A stretch of DNA of 64,000 bases from Octopus vulgaris (GCA_951406725.2 OX597820.1:104842001-104906000); one strand, 5' to 3'. Positions 27,489-41,964 are shown, counted from the stretch's first letter. Program-made: numbers and translations. The notes: generated from the sequence alone by a model not told the origin.

Positions 27489-28439
27489 ATGACTACCTTA
27501 TCCAATGTGGCCTTTGCTTTTTCCTACAATGAAAGTGATTTGAAGATTTGGCTGCTACTTCTAGCAGACTGAGCGACTGCAGTTCAACTCTTTCAATTTG
27601 GTTCGCCGAAGTGAAAAATCTATGATCAAATGTTCCAGCTGCAGCTATCCCATCATTTTATTTATTTTTATTATAAGTATCTATGACTACCTTATCCTTT
27701 TTTCTTATAAGGGAGATTTTGGGTGTTATTTATAGCAGATCAAGCGATGTGTAACACCTCCTTCGTTTTGGTCCATGGAACAGTGAAGCAGGACCAAACC
27801 GTAAGACAAATAGGTTCGATAAAATATTTAACCTATATTCTCGATGGTTTTTTTTTTTTTAATCAGCTACTGATAAATTTCTTTAGATTAAGAAATATGG
27901 TTTGAAACAGGTGACACGATCTTGGATGCTCGAATTTGAAACAGAGACGGAAGTAGCTCTGCCTCACGCAACAACATTAACAAGAATCCAAACTGACTGG
28001 AATCAAGGCCTACCTCTATGCACCGGAGCTTGCCACTCACACTTAGCAGTTAAAGAAAATAACATAGTATATAATAGTATATAGTATAGGCTAGATATTT
28101 TAAAGAGAAATCTGGACTGGGTGTTTGTACAGTTGATTTTGTAACAGAACGGTTTTAATTTGCTACAAGATCCAAAATCTTCATCATCATTGTTTAACGT
28201 TCACTTTTCCATGCTTGCATGGGTCAGACGGAATTTACTAAGGCAGGTTGTCTACGGCCGGATGCCTTCCTGTCGCCCAAACCTAAACTGTTTCCAAAGT
28301 AATATTTCCCCGTAACCAGTTATGGTTTTCACGGAAGGCAGGAAACGAACACGAACATCGCTCGCTCCCATAATGTCAAGACAAAGGTACACATAAAAAC
28401 AGCTCTTGCTTTCTGGAGATTTTTTTTTCTTCTTTTATT

Positions 28440-28780
28440 TGCTACAACCATTAAACTGCGGCTATGCTGGAGCAAATCGACCCCTGGACTTATTCTTTGT
28501 AAGCCTAGTGCTTATTATATTGGTATCTTAAGTCGAACCGCTAAGATACGGGGACTTAAACACACCAGCACTGGTTGTCAAGCGATAGTGGGGGAACAAA
28601 CACAGACACACACATATATATATATGACGATCTTCTTTCAGTTTCCGTCTACCAAATCCACTCACATGACTTTGGTCAGTCCGAGGCTATAGTAGAAGAT
28701 ACTTGCCCAAGACGCCTCGCAGTGGAACTGAACCCAGAACCATGTGGTTGGGAAGCAAGCTAATTACCACACAGCTACAT
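28440..28780 (-). mobile_element. SINE family A copy in intron
   Basis: Family consensus similarity. Confidence 0.8.
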
Positions 28781-29366
28781 ATACAAACAGATTGGCTGTA
28801 TTTCTCTGAGATTGGTGAAATGATGTAAAAACCTCTGATGAGACCCTAATAAGGATTGAAAATTGATTGTGTACGTCATTTCTTCCAGTCAATTGAGAAA
28901 CAGATAATCCTGCCACATTCGTATGTCCACGACATAGTTTTACATAATGCCAACCACTTCATAAAGTATAGTGGGTCCTTTTTTCTTTTTTGTGGTACCA
29001 GCACTAGTAACGTCGCCATGCAGTTTGGAAAACTAAAAGCCCCTTTGACTGAGAGGGGCTACAAAACAGAGGGATGTGACTTTAGCTAGATGAAAGGTTA
29101 AAAGCATTAGGTCTGAGAATTATGTTAAGGGTACCCGTCTGTTGAATGCTCAATCACTTGCATGTTAATTCAGGGGCAGGTAATTCAGTTGATTAAACAA
29201 TTGAATCCTCATCGTTGACCGACGAAAATCCAACACCACCACCACTGTCTCATTTTTTTTTTTTAAATAACAACGGTTATGATTTGAGGAAGAATTGACT
29301 GCTGCTTTTAGCAGGTCAAGGTTCTATTGTATGACTCGAGATTAAATGTGCATTTATTCGTTGCAG

Positions 29367-29523
29367 ATCAATTCCGAAAGGGGCGACTCTTTATTCATAT
29401 GCTGGAACCTGTGAAGCCTGTGGTGAATTCTATGGTAGTAGCTATACTTATCGTTGTCTCACAGACAAAACCTTCGAAACTTACCATAAATGTAACATTG
29501 CTGTCAATGAGAAACGCAAATAA
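29367..29523 (+). CDS. Secreted peptide precursor, coding exon 2 (R-SIPKGATLYSYAGTCEACGEFYGSSYTYRCLTDKTFETYHKCNIAVNEKRK*)
   Basis: Acceptor ttgcag| at 29366; phase matches exon 1; TAA at 29521-29523; AATAAA at 29745. Confidence 0.85.
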
Positions 29524-31539
29524 AATATTTGAAAGAAAGCAGAGTTTGGAAAAAGGAAGAGAATTCGTACAAGATGCGGAAAAGAAAGGGATGATAACTG
29601 AAATAGGAGACAGTGATGCTCCTTTTTGTGTGATGGGATGATGAACACCAGCGATGAAAGTGTTTTGAAAAGGGATGCTGAAAGTTATGCTTTGACATGT
29701 TTAGAAAAGGACGTTTATAAACAATTAGAAATTAAGATATTAACAATAAAAGTTTTGAAAAAAATATCTAAAAAAAACGTACATACATACAAAAACACAC
29801 AACACAACGTCCATACAACATGCATACATCTGTTTGCTACTTATTTTGATAGTTTATTAGGTGGATTAATGATTTGTGTACATTAAAATCCCACAGCCTA
29901 ACACATTTCAGCATCACCCATCACTAAAGGCTTCAGTGTCCACATTATTATTATTATTATTATTATTATTATGATTATTATTATTGTTGTTGTTGTTGTT
30001 GTTATTATTGTTATTATTAATTAATTCTATTATCGAAATGAAGTGGGGGCAAAAATTGAAACAATTCTTTAAACAAGTGACTAGGGAAATACTGGAGAGG
30101 AAATTTTGTTTTTTTTTTAAATTTGTGCACAGATATATGCAGGTGAATGGAGAGTAAGAAACAAACACACAAATACACACACACCCATGTGCGCACGCAC
30201 GCACGCACGCACGCACACAGGCACACACGCACGCACACACACAGACACACACATACACGTATTTCAAAATCAACGATAAAAAAAAGTAAATAAAGTGTAT
30301 TTAATCAGTCCTGTTGTTAATTTTTCGTTATTGTTTACGAGATGCATATTATATGTTATTAAACTGATGGCCTGCTGCTTGTTCTCTTTGTGAACTGGTG
30401 AGAATTTGGTTAGAAGCCAACATCTAAAGAATAGCTTGTTTCATCATTATTGTTTTAATGTCCAGTTTTCCATGCTTGCATGAATCAAATGGAGTTTACT
30501 GAGGCAGATTTTCTAAAGTCAGATACCTTTTCTGTCACAAACCCTTACCTGTTTCCAAGCAACGCAGTATTTCCCCATGGCTAGACATGATTTTGCAGAA
30601 TATTGGAAATGAATATCGTTCATTTACAAGAATCACACCGTGTCAAGACATGAAGACACAAACCTACACACATCCACTTAAATTCTTTAGTTGGCCCGTG
30701 TAGATTCCATTCTAACTAGATAGTAGGACAGACAACTGGTTCTGAATTGTAAGTCCTTCCCCTATGAAGAATGTAATCAGAGGATAAGAGCTTGATGGAT
30801 TCAGAGACATGACACCAAGAAGGAAAATATATAGAAGCTGCAAGATCCCTCAGTCACACATGGGTTCAAAGAAGTATTAGGTAACGTATATAATGGGAAG
30901 AGAGACTTACAATACGGACAACAGTTAGTTTTTACATCACCTACTGCAAATCAAAGGCAAAATCTGTGGATAGAACAAGGCTCCAAACAGCTGAAAGGTA
31001 ACAAGGTGGTGGAATGATATGATAGGCTAACCCAAAGTTAAAAGACAGGCCTAGGTAAAAAAAAAAAAAGCGCAGGCAACAAGGTACAATATCAGGTATA
31101 ACAAGGAGAGAAACTAGATGTCAGGAGAGATGCTGAAAGTAAGAGGTGATGATTGGATCAGTCATATTAGATGCTGTGGATCACAAAGCAGTGTCATCAT
31201 CATCATCATCATTCTTATGTCCACTTATCCATGCTTGCATGGCTCAGACGAAATTCAATGAGGCAGATTTTCTATGGCTGGATGCCTTTCCTGCTGCTAA
31301 TGCTCATCTGTTTCCAAACAAGGTAATATTTTCCTCATTGTCAGACATGTTTTTCATAGAAGACAAGAAATAAAATAACGCCGCTTGTATGATGAAGCTC
31401 ATTTACAACCTTGATGTCATGGCAAAACAAGGGTACACAACCATATATACAATATGTTTCTTTCAGTTTGCGTCAACCACAGCTCTGGTCAGCCTGAGGC
31501 TATAGCAGGAAAACAGTACCATACAGTTGCCTGCATCTA

Positions 31540-31740
31540 TATGACAAAACATTCAGTGAAGTAGAACACATATTGGAAAAAGTTGCAAGAGCTATTGGCT
31601 CTACTAGCAACAAATGGATTCCCTTTGCAAGCGAAGGGCAGGTTGTAGGTTGCTTGTGTACAATGTATGATACAGGATTGTAGCGAAACATAGACATAAA
31701 ATACAAAAGATGTGAGGGCTGGAAAGAAGGAAGGTGTATA
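31540..31740 (+). mobile_element. Old RTE-type LINE fragment
   Basis: WKKLQELLALLATNGFPLQAKGRL, homologous to 39450-39530; a further 3' piece lies at ~32480-32800. Confidence 0.6.
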
Positions 31741-33189
31741 ATGTTAGTGTACATCAGGGGTCGGCAAAGTGATCAATATTGATCCTTGAAAGTCTATGTA
31801 GTTCTCCAAGGGGTCAATAAACTCTTGAAGTGATTCTGAGGATTAAGAGCACTCAATTATTAGCAAACTATTTTTTTCAACCTGAATAACATTCAAATAT
31901 ATGGAAATATAATATCTCAAATATATTATGGAAATTCAAAATGCCTTAGCAGGTATGTCATTGGCAATACCACCTAGTAAACATGGCAATGCCAACTAGC
32001 TAATTGACAGGCCTGTTAAGAATAAGAGCATAATTTTCATGAAGACATCATAAGAGGCATGCAATAGTAGTTTGCATTTACTGCTCATTTATAAGAGTGA
32101 CTCTATGCCAGTATGGAACCTGGACATTAAATGCTGACAAAGATGGCTTCAGTTGTCTGACAATTTTGAATTTACTCTAATTTCCAGCCAAATATTAATG
32201 CAATATCTAGTATTTACCAAACATATTTCACATTAAATATTCTGACTAAAGCAATATAATGACTGAATTTTTATTGTTCTTATCAATTTCATTAAGTATT
32301 TTCACTGAATTTCTTTAAATAGTTCTTAAGAAAAAGTGGTAATAACACAAAAGAACAAAGGAATTACTGTTTTTAAAAATCAAGAATTTTTTTATTAATT
32401 ATACTTTTTAATTTTACTTTAGAAATTTACATGATGGGGTTGATAAGTTAACAATTCCATGAAAGGATCAGTGATTATAAGTTTGCCAACCTCTGGTGTA
32501 AATGAACAACAGAGTACAACTGTGAGGAGAGGAAAACTGAATATAAGAAGAATCAGGTGGAGCATGTAAAAAGAGAAGACTGTATCGATATGAACATGGT
32601 GGATACATGGTGGATAGCAGTTGAGCAAAAAAGAGGCAAGGGACATATGTAAAGAACCTGCTGGAAAGGAAGACCAAGGAAGATATGGGAAGAAGTAGTG
32701 AAGGCTGATCTCAAAAATTGAATCTTACCTAGGCTCTGACAAAAGATTACAAGTAACAAGATGCTAAGCTGGAAAAATGGAAAAGACTAATCCAAACCAT
32801 GCAAATACAGAAAAAGTGACAGAACGAAAATGATGACAATGTTTATATATATATATATACACACACACAGAGGCAAAGTGGCTGATGCCGGTAGCACATG
32901 AAAAGCACCTTTCGAGAGTTGGGCCTCATGGAGGCAATGGCCAAGACCTTTGGCATTATGACGTGCTTGAGGAGAAGACCCATCAAGCCAAGTAAAATCG
33001 CAGTTGTGGCAGATATCAGTGTCAGGCAAATGGCACCCATGCTGGTGGCACGTAAAAATCACCCATTACACTCTTGGTGTGGTTGACATTAGGAAGAACA
33101 TCCAGCCATAATAACCATGCAAAACCAGACTGGAGTCTGGTGCAGCCTTCCAGCCCTGGTCAAACCATCTAACCCATGCCAGCATGGAC

Positions 33190-33663
33190 AACAGACACTA
33201 AATTTTCCAGCAAGTGATGGCCTGCCACCACCTTTAATTTGGATTACTTATAAGATGGTAGTTGAAATCCATATGCTTGCCATTTTAATTCACTGCATGA
33301 CAACAGGTGGTGATATATGTACCATGTGCTTACTTACATACAATACTGCACTTGTGAGTGGCAATACCAAAATTTTGAGAGCTCATCTATTCATTTAGCT
33401 TAAAGTTGCTCTTAGCAATGGCTGCTACAGGTAATAGAACTGAGAGCAGCAGTGGGTTAGGGTTAGGGCAAACATAAACAACAATTCACAGTGATACAAG
33501 ATAAGCAGAACTGCTGGAAAATATGAACCTTGCATCCCAGCCACATGGTTACGGGTTCAGTCTCACTACATGGCACCTTGGGCAAGTGTCTTCTACTACA
33601 ACCTCAAGCTGACCAAAGCCTTGTGAGTGGATTTGGTAGACAGAAACTGAAAGAAACCCATCC

Positions 33664-33705
<42 letters not shown>

Positions 33706-34430
33706 TCTCACCACTACTTGGCAACTGACGTTGGTGTGTTTACATCCCTGTAACTTAGCTGTTCAGCAAAATAGACTGATAGAACAAGTACAAGGCTTAA
33801 AAAAATATCTTAAAGTCAATTTGTTCAACTAAAACCTGTCAAGGCAGTGCCCCAACATAGCCACAGTCAAAATTACTGAAACAAGTAAAAGATATTATTT
33901 CAGTACATAAGCTGTGTGATATCTATGGCACTGATTTCATCTCCTGTTTAAAAATATCAAGAAGCAAAGGGACAAAACATTGATGTATTATGTAAACAAA
34001 GATTCATAGAAAGCATATGACAACTAGAGAAACTATGAAAGATGGTAAGAGTACTGCTCATGATCAAGTGATAATGGAATGGTTTCAACAGTGTCAAAGC
34101 CATGGACTGGATTCGTAAGATAGATTAGAGCCATTAAAATTCTAATACTTGCCATCTTGGGAGTATTTTTTTTATATGTACAGTAATTAACAAATGTAGT
34201 AATGTAATGTACAACTACTGGTATTTCATTTATTAAATATATATTTAATAACATGTATTTGTTTAATTTAAGTTTCTAGATGTTCATGGTAGTTTAGACA
34301 CATGGGAAGCATGTAATTAACAGGTTAGATGTGTGTTGATGAATTATTATTAGGTGACCACAGATGGTTCAGAAAAACAGTAAATCAATCAAGGCTTTGG
34401 AACTGGAAAATCAGTGGTGTAACCAGATAA
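33190..34430 (+). mobile_element. Degenerate pogo/Tigger element with CENP-B-type HTH remnant, interrupted by SINE A (33530-33893)
   Basis: RETMKDGKSTAHDQVIMEWFQQCQS at ~34025-34100; ends resemble the MITE at 49952-50418. Confidence 0.55.
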
Positions 34431-37011
34431 ATGTTTGCTTGTGTGTGTGTAAGAAATATGTTAAAATCTGTAAATAGCCAAGGAGATAACTGGATCAGCA
34501 GCTCAGAGACACAAGTTCTCATTCACTGCAGGTATTTTGTGTCATAGAGGAGAATGCTGAATTGTAGATGCTGGAATTCAACTTACCAATCGAGAAAAGG
34601 TTCCAGATTTAAGAGAATATTTACCTGTAATAGTACTGAAATCTTTTGCAAGGATAAAAAAAAATTGACATTTTTTCTCCTCTTCGATAACTGAGTACCA
34701 AACCATAGATAAATGAATGAATGTGGATACAAACACTTGACTATAGTGGAGAATTATCTCCCTTTGTTAGACTGATATAGCCAAGTCAGCTAATGCAAGA
34801 ATAAACATAGTTACTTGGTATCAATACAATAACCAATCTTTACAATACCAACCCACCTGAGACTGCTCGAGCTTCCAAGATACAAACTTCATGTTTTAAA
34901 GTGATTTCAAAATTTTCCATCAAAGTTTCATATGAATTTATGAATTAAGCATAATAATGAGTTATTTTACTGAATTGTTATTTTCAAAATTGAACTGAAA
35001 CAAGCAAAGTATTCCAAGAGAAACTTGGTAACAAAAGAGTTAAGCCATTTTTACAAAAATATCATATTTCTTGCTCAAGAAAGACAAATTAGGTTCTGAG
35101 TTACTGACTGGGACAAAAAAAAAAAAGGGCTTTGAAAACCCATTTTCAAACAGATTTAAGATAATATAGAAAAAGAGCAGAAAACCATAAATTTCATAGT
35201 TTACAATTAAATTATGAATTTGCTGCGAAATTTACAGTTTTCTTGCTTTTTAATTATTCCAAATACAATGCCCTCAACAGTTATTTTAGCTTATGCTTTA
35301 AATATATTCCAGCAGTGTGTATTGCAATGTAATAATGTATTGGAGTTTAACAATGTCTTAATAATTTAGCTCTTAAATACCAAAAATGGAAATACATTTA
35401 TAATATAAAACTCATTCTCCTTTATCTTCTAGCCATGTCTAACTCATTGTATATATAGTTTTCTATTCTCATTTGAGAGAAGTTTTGAAATCAAAACTGG
35501 CCCCGTAATCTAAAGTTCAGAAGGTTTTGTTTTTGTTTTTTACACAGATGAGTATTTTGTTAACTTTACAAAAAGCACTTTGCAATGAAATGTAAACAGT
35601 TTTCCCAACAGTACCTTAAAATGTGCAAAAGTCAACCTATTCATTTAATGGGATGTAAAACAATAGAAAAGCTTAGCTGTTGTTTGCAAATGAATATGAC
35701 ATGGTGACTAATACCAAGCTTTCACTGGTTGTTTAGTGCCAATGGAGTTGCAAATAAAAATACCTTCTTGTTCCTCTGACCCAGTGAAACATCAAGAATG
35801 TGACAGCAGAAAGGGGACAAAGTGCTGTACCAAAAATCAGCTGGTACTCATTCTCAGCTCATTAGACTGGAGCAACATTCAAACAGGCCATATCCAGCCC
35901 AAATATTCTCCCCACTTTATGCTCAAACTGGTCAGGTCTGATTTCTCGTAACTACCCTACAATTTCATTCTAAAAATAAAAATCACATTATTAAAATCTC
36001 AAAGCTACAAGATAATTCAGGATTACTGAAAACAATATGAATAAATAAGCATCACATTTAACAGAAAAATCTGAATGCTAAAGGGATAATAACTAGTCCA
36101 GGAATCAAACCTATCACCTTATGATCATGGGCCAAAAACCCTAACCACTATGCCACATGCTTCCAAAGACAAAAAGTGGAAATGCTTAAAAAATGGGCAT
36201 CGTTTAAGAATTCATAAGTTTGAAATTTGAAATAGTAGCAAAAGTTTTTAAAGAAGTTATTTTAAACCAGACACTGAACCTAAATCAAATTTTAAATATT
36301 GAAGCAGAATAAGCATTTATGTTATAATTCCATTTCAGTAACTGGCAAAGACAGCACAAGGACTCAATATAGTTGAACAAGTATGTTTGTTTCTGTTAGA
36401 TGTTAAGTGGGTCTCTTAAATTCTTCATCATCGAAATAGAAATTGCACGTTTTAAATCCTAAATCTTAACAGATCATGATCCAAAATATAAATAATGATG
36501 ACTCTGATAGTATATAAGAAATATTAATCGAATGCTTTGTATGGGTTTGTATGTATTATCTAACAGCTGCCTCTCTAGCTTAGATCTGCTGAAGAACTGG
36601 CCATGGGCACCCCAAGAAGAATACAATAACAATAAGATTCAGTTATATTATATACAAATCCAACAGCCTTAATAATACTAAACCATAGACTGAAACCTAA
36701 CCTGCTAATTCCATCTGCTGTTTTATTTCAGAGAAAAAAAAAGAGGAAATATAGAAAAAATACAAAAACAGACACAGTGAGCCAAAGAGAAAGATAATTA
36801 AATAAAATTACAGTCAGGTCTTTTTATATATATATAGAAAAGAAAAAAAAATCATTAAATGGTTTGCTTTGATTAGGCATATAAGCCATATAGTTTTTAG
36901 AACAATTTATAGCATCGTCTTTAGCTTCAACCAAGTGAAATGGCTCATAGACTAAGCTTGCTTTTAACACATTAAATAAAACAACATTTTTTGGTAATTT
37001 TATTTCATTTT

Positions 37012-38244
37012 CTATCCAGGGACACTTTCTTCAGTGTGAGATTTTAAATGAGCGACTAAAGTACATTTCTGTGAATAATTTTTCCCACATTTATCACAGC
37101 AAAATGGTTTCTCTCCAGTATGAGTCATTAGATGAACGCTAAGGATAGCATTACGGCTATAATTTTTGCCACAAATCTCACAATGGAAAGGCTTCTCTCC
37201 AGTATGGCTTCTGATGTGTCTTTTTAGAGTGGACCTATCGGCAAAATTCTGTCGGCACACTTGACAATGGAACGGTTTCTCCCCACTGTGTCTCCTCCGG
37301 TGGTTATTGAAAGAAGACCTATCACTGAAGGTTTTCCCACACTTTTCACAATTAAAAGGTTTTTCACCAGTGTGTATTCGGAAATGAATTTGCAAATCAC
37401 CACCTCGTGCAAAATGTTTACCACACACATCACACTGGAATGGTTTCTCTCCAGTGTGAGTTCGGTAATGGATTTTCAAATCACATTTAAATGAGAAATA
37501 TTTATCACAAATTTGACACTGAACTCTTTTCCCTTTATTCTTATTGGAATTCTCTGGAATGTCTTTGTCATCTTCACCTCCATCATTACTTGATTCTTTC
37601 TCTTCAGCTCCATCATTATCAGATTTTTTCCCCTCAGTTCCATCATTACCAGACTCTTTGTCTTTACCATCATTTGCATGTGGCTGTGTTCTTCCCTCAT
37701 TGAATACTTTTGTGACGATATCTTTCCCTATCCAATTTTCTGAATAAGGTGTTGTTATTCTTATTGGTAGATGTGAATTTTTATTATTGTGTACTTTCAA
37801 GTGGCCTGTCAAATGAGCCTTCCTTGCAAAAGATCTATTACATATTGTACATAGGAAAGGTTTCTCACCAGTATGAGTTTTTAAGTGATTCTTCAAGACA
37901 TTTCGATAGCCAAACGCTCGACCACACACACCACAATGGTATGGCTTCTCTCCAGTATGTGTTCGCATGTGCCGTACGGACTTTGAAGGATCAGCAAAAT
38001 CTTTCTCACAAATTGGGCAATGAAAACGTTTCTTGTTGGTGTGTGTAACTAGATGAACTCCAAGATCACTCTTATGTAGAAACTCCTTCTTACATATATC
38101 ACACTGAAACAGGTTCTCACCTGAAAGAGGTTCCATCTCAGGATCCATCTCAGGATCCATCTCAGGATCCATCTCAGATTCCATCTCAGGTTCCATCTCA
38201 GCTTCAATCTCAGCTTCCATCTCAGCATCCATCTCAACTTCCAT
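37012..38244 (-). CDS. C2H2 zinc-finger protein, 410 aa, 10 fingers (4+6), single coding exon
   Basis: Intact ORF with CxxC-x12-HxxxH repeats and TGEKPF linkers; strong acceptor (T-run)cag| at 38329 with an in-frame upstream stop, so ATG 38244 is the start. Confidence 0.95.
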   Translation of the reverse strand: MEVEMDAEMEAEIEAEMEPEMESEMDPEMDPEMDPEMEPLSGENLFQCDICKKEFLHKSDLGVHLVTHTNKKRFHCPICEKDFADPSKSVRHMRTHTGEKPYHCGVCGRAFGYRNVLKNHLKTHTGEKPFLCTICNRSFARKAHLTGHLKVHNNKNSHLPIRITTPYSENWIGKDIVTKVFNEGRTQPHANDGKDKESGNDGTEGKKSDNDGAEEKESSNDGGEDDKDIPENSNKNKGKRVQCQICDKYFSFKCDLKIHYRTHTGEKPFQCDVCGKHFARGGDLQIHFRIHTGEKPFNCEKCGKTFSDRSSFNNHRRRHSGEKPFHCQVCRQNFADRSTLKRHIRSHTGEKPFHCEICGKNYSRNAILSVHLMTHTGEKPFCCDKCGKNYSQKCTLVAHLKSHTEESVPG

Positions 38245-39096
38245 TTTCGGTGAATGAACAATTAAAATATTGAGGCTTTTGGTTCTCTGATAATCTCACA
38301 GTTTTATCTGAGACATTCAAAGAAAAATCTGAAAAAAAAAAAAAAAGAAATGAAAAACAAAAGAAACAAATAATAAACTTCTTGAAATTTTATATATACA
38401 TACATACATATATATATGGCAGGGGAGTGCATAAAATTCTATGAGTTGAAAGCATTCCAATACACATTCTCTTTTTCTCACCATACAAAATACTCTTATT
38501 GTCATGCTGGTTTCATCCTTAAATCCTTAAAAATGTTTTAGCCCGAAGGCCGCGGCCATGCTGGGGCAATACATGTATAATGTACTGATCTGTGATAGAA
38601 TAGTCAACAAAGAAAGTACTCCATCTGGAGTATATGTGGTTTGCATCTGAAGAATATGTTTGAGTACTCTCAAGATATGAAACTATTAGTAGCGCTTTAA
38701 TACATGTATTGTGACCTTTAAATAATAATGATAATAATAATAATATTATATGTATATACACACACACACATAACATCCAATTTTCTATGCTTGCTTAGGT
38801 CTGATGGGATTTATTAAGGCAGATTTTCTACAGCTAGATGCATGCATACATGCATACATATATGCACACATACACATATCTAACAAAGGATTAATTCATA
38901 AGGTGTTGTTTGTTTTCAGCTCTCTCCATGTAACTATTACAGTGTTGTTTGTTGTTTGACAGACTAGAGAATTATTACCTTGTTTGGAAACAGGTGAAGT
39001 CTAATATCAAGAAGAGCATCCAGATGCAGAAATTTTGCTCCAATGTAGTCTCAGCCAACTCATGGAAAAGTGAATGTTAAAAATAAGAAGAGGAGA

Positions 39097-39146
<50 letters not shown>

Positions 39147-39154
39147 TACAAATC

Positions 39155-39945
39155 AAAAATCCTTTCTTGGTATATGACCCTGCTTCATCTGTAGAAAAGG
39201 CATAGGTAGAAATTCCATAAGATGTACCAGGTGTAAGTTACGGACACATAAGAGATGCAGCAATAGCAGAGGAAGGTTAACAGCTTTTGTGCATGGAAGA
39301 TGCACAGGTACAATAAACACTGAAAATGTACAGAAAATAGACTCCATCAACTGCCAGTGGAGTGAGCTAGAAGTAGTAGGCAGCTTCTGTTATCTAGGTG
39401 ACCAAGTTAGTAGATGCTCCGAGAGCATAGCTCAGAGAATAATAATAGGCTGGGCAAAGTTCAGAGAGCTCCTACCTCTGCAGGCAACAAAGGGCCTCTC
39501 CCTCAGAGTGAAACGCAGACTGGATGACGCCTGTGTGCGAACAGCTATGCTACACAGCAGTGAAATATGGGCTGTGACAGCCAAGGACATGTGTAGACTT
39601 GAAAGAAATGAAGCCAGTATGCTTTGCTGAATATACAGTGTCAGTGTGCATGTGCAACAGAGTGTAAGCATCATGAGAGAAAAGTTGGGCATAAGACACA
39701 TTAGATGTAGTGTGCAAGAGAGATGACTGAGCTGGTGTGGTCATGCGATAGATATGGACGAAGACAGTTGTGTAAAGAAGTGCTGATCTCAGAGACAGAC
39801 TTTGTGATAAAAGTAGACCCAGGAAGACATCGGTTGAAGTGGTAAAACATGATCTTCGAATCGTGAGCCTCATGGAAGCAATGAGTAGTGACTGAGACCT
39901 TTGGCGATATGCTGTGCTTGAGAAAACTTGTCAAGCCAAGTGAAA
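39155..39945 (+). mobile_element. RTE-clade LINE 3' fragment
   Basis: Cys-rich insert, LEVVGSFCYLG, GWAKFRELLPL, ACVRTAMLHSSE.W, RPRKT; followed by a repeated RTE-linked tail (also at 32870-33190). Confidence 0.85.
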
Positions 39946-40231
39946 TTGCTGCCATGGCCATTACTGGTGTCACATGACTGACACCTGTGCTGGTGGCATG
40001 TAAAAAGCACTTTTCAAACATTGGGCCTCATGGAGGCAAGGTGGCCGATGCCAGTGGCACATGAAAAGTGCTTTTCAAGTGTTGTGCTTCATGGAGGCAA
40101 TGATGAATCACCAAAACCATTGGCATTATGCCATGTTTGAGAAGAAAACCCATCAAGACAAGTAAACTCACAGTTATGGCAGATACTGATTTGACGCAAA
40201 TGTCACCCATGCCTGTAGCATGTAAAAGTAC

Positions 40232-40280
<49 letters not shown>

Positions 40281-40285
40281 AATAT

Positions 40286-41095
40286 ATGCTGATGTGTGAA
40301 GTCAGAGAGATAGGCCTATACTTTTTGGCATCTGCTCTGCTTCCCCCTTTATGGATGGGGCATATTATTCCCTCCTTCAGCTTGCTTGGCAGACTGCCAT
40401 TTTCAAGAAAGCTCTGGAAGAGAATCTGGAGGGGTTTTGCCAGGGCATGCTTACACGCTTTGAGGAGGATTGCTGGGAAACGATTAGGACCAGCATTGAG
40501 TTTGTGTCCACCTCATCTATGGCTAGTAGTATATCTTCTTCGCTAACGTCAATGTATTCCATCGTAACTGCCTCTCTGGTTATAGGTGAGGTGGCAAAGA
40601 TGTCCACTGGTTCGTTCACTTGTCTGTGTTCCAATGGGGTGGTAAAGACACTTTTGAACTGGTCATTCAGCATCTCACTGATCTTAGTTGGACTGTCTGT
40701 GAGGGAGCCATCCTTTTGGAGGAGGGGTTCTATCTTGTAGTGTACTGAGACTGTTTCTTTCGCATAATGAAAGAAGGCCTTTGGGTTTGACTTAATGTTT
40801 TTTTATAACCCAGGCTTCTTTCTCTACTCTTTCGCTCACATAGAATTGTTGCAGCCTGTTTTCAATCTCTATTGGTGTTGTTTTTAGGCGAGACTTTTCG
40901 CTACTTTGGGGATTTTGGTTGAGGCAATTTGCAACTTTCTTCCGTCATCTCATGAGGATCTTCCTCTTCCTTGGAATCTTGTTCCTATTTGTTTTGGCTT
41001 TCTGCTCTGGGACATATCTCTGGTATATGGCTTGCACAACAGACATGATATATTCTAGTTTCATGCCACTGCCTGGTGTGGACAGACATTTCGGC
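40286..41095 (-). mobile_element. CR1-group LINE fragment (linker to RT start)
   Basis: IKSNPKAF.., EMLNDQFKSVFT, NYRPISLTSHIS-type motif; same family as 13285-14162. Confidence 0.85.
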
Positions 41096-41099
41096 CATA

Positions 41100-41127
<28 letters not shown>

Positions 41128-41130
<3 letters not shown>

Positions 41131-41780
41131 AAGAACAGATAAATCTCCCATAATACCGTCAAATTCCACTAAGTAGTCACATAGACTCTTGCACTAGAGA
41201 TAAAAATCCCAAATTTCACATATTCCCTTTCTACCAATATAAAGACAGAATCTCTACACAAGAAAGAATCAACAAGAAGAATCTTTTTATTGAAAAATTC
41301 CAAACACATGTTAATATGCAAACTCCAAGATAACCATACTCCTTTTTCTAGCATCCTATCTGACAAAAAATTGATATAAGCATCCTGTTTGACAAAAAAT
41401 CCATCATTCCAATTAAAGAGCATAAAATCCACAGAATTGTCTCCCTTTACTCACAGGAACTGGATAACTCCTACCCCATTTCCTGTTTTGACACACATTC
41501 ACCAACACTTTTAAAGAAAACACTACATTTAAACACATGCATCCTAATCCTCCAAAGAAGTTTTTCCAAGGACTCTACAATGTATTGGTATACTTATTTA
41601 TTAATTTTTGTATATATATATTATTATTTTTTTGAAAAAAACATTCTGAAATTCTTTTTTCCCCTTCCTCAATTTAAAAAATTTTTTCCCCTTTCAAATC
41701 TTGAAAATTTGCCTTGCCATGAAACAGACTATCTACAAAGTACTTCTTCACAACTCCTGAAGTATCTTTTCTGACAGGGT
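41128..41780 (+). mobile_element. Penelope-like 3' fragment (GIY-YIG C-terminus plus UTR)
   Basis: RQIPLSSHIDSC..PKFHIFPFYQ..LFIEKF, homologous to the C-terminus of ORF 42554-43381. Confidence 0.7.
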
Positions 41781-41964
41781 GGGGAATCACGAAATTTTCA
41801 TACAGCTAGAGGCTCCAATCGAAACAGGGGACCCGAAATGATAAGGTTCAGAATCGCTGTTATAGATTATGCCTAACTGAAAATGATCACAACCACATCA
41901 TCCAAACAGACCGGGTGAAACCAGGCTATATATATATATATTTACTTATATATATATATATTTA

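Noticed and set aside
27888-27905. Alternative second exon for the peptide gene (RLRNMV*)
   Set aside because: Gives an immediate stop; the exon at 29367 yields a coherent precursor
28830-28870. CTGATGA...GAAA hammerhead-like motif
   Set aside because: Stem II is mismatched and stems I and III are not identifiable
29327-29641. 104-aa ORF from the track
   Set aside because: Overlaps the real exon in a different frame
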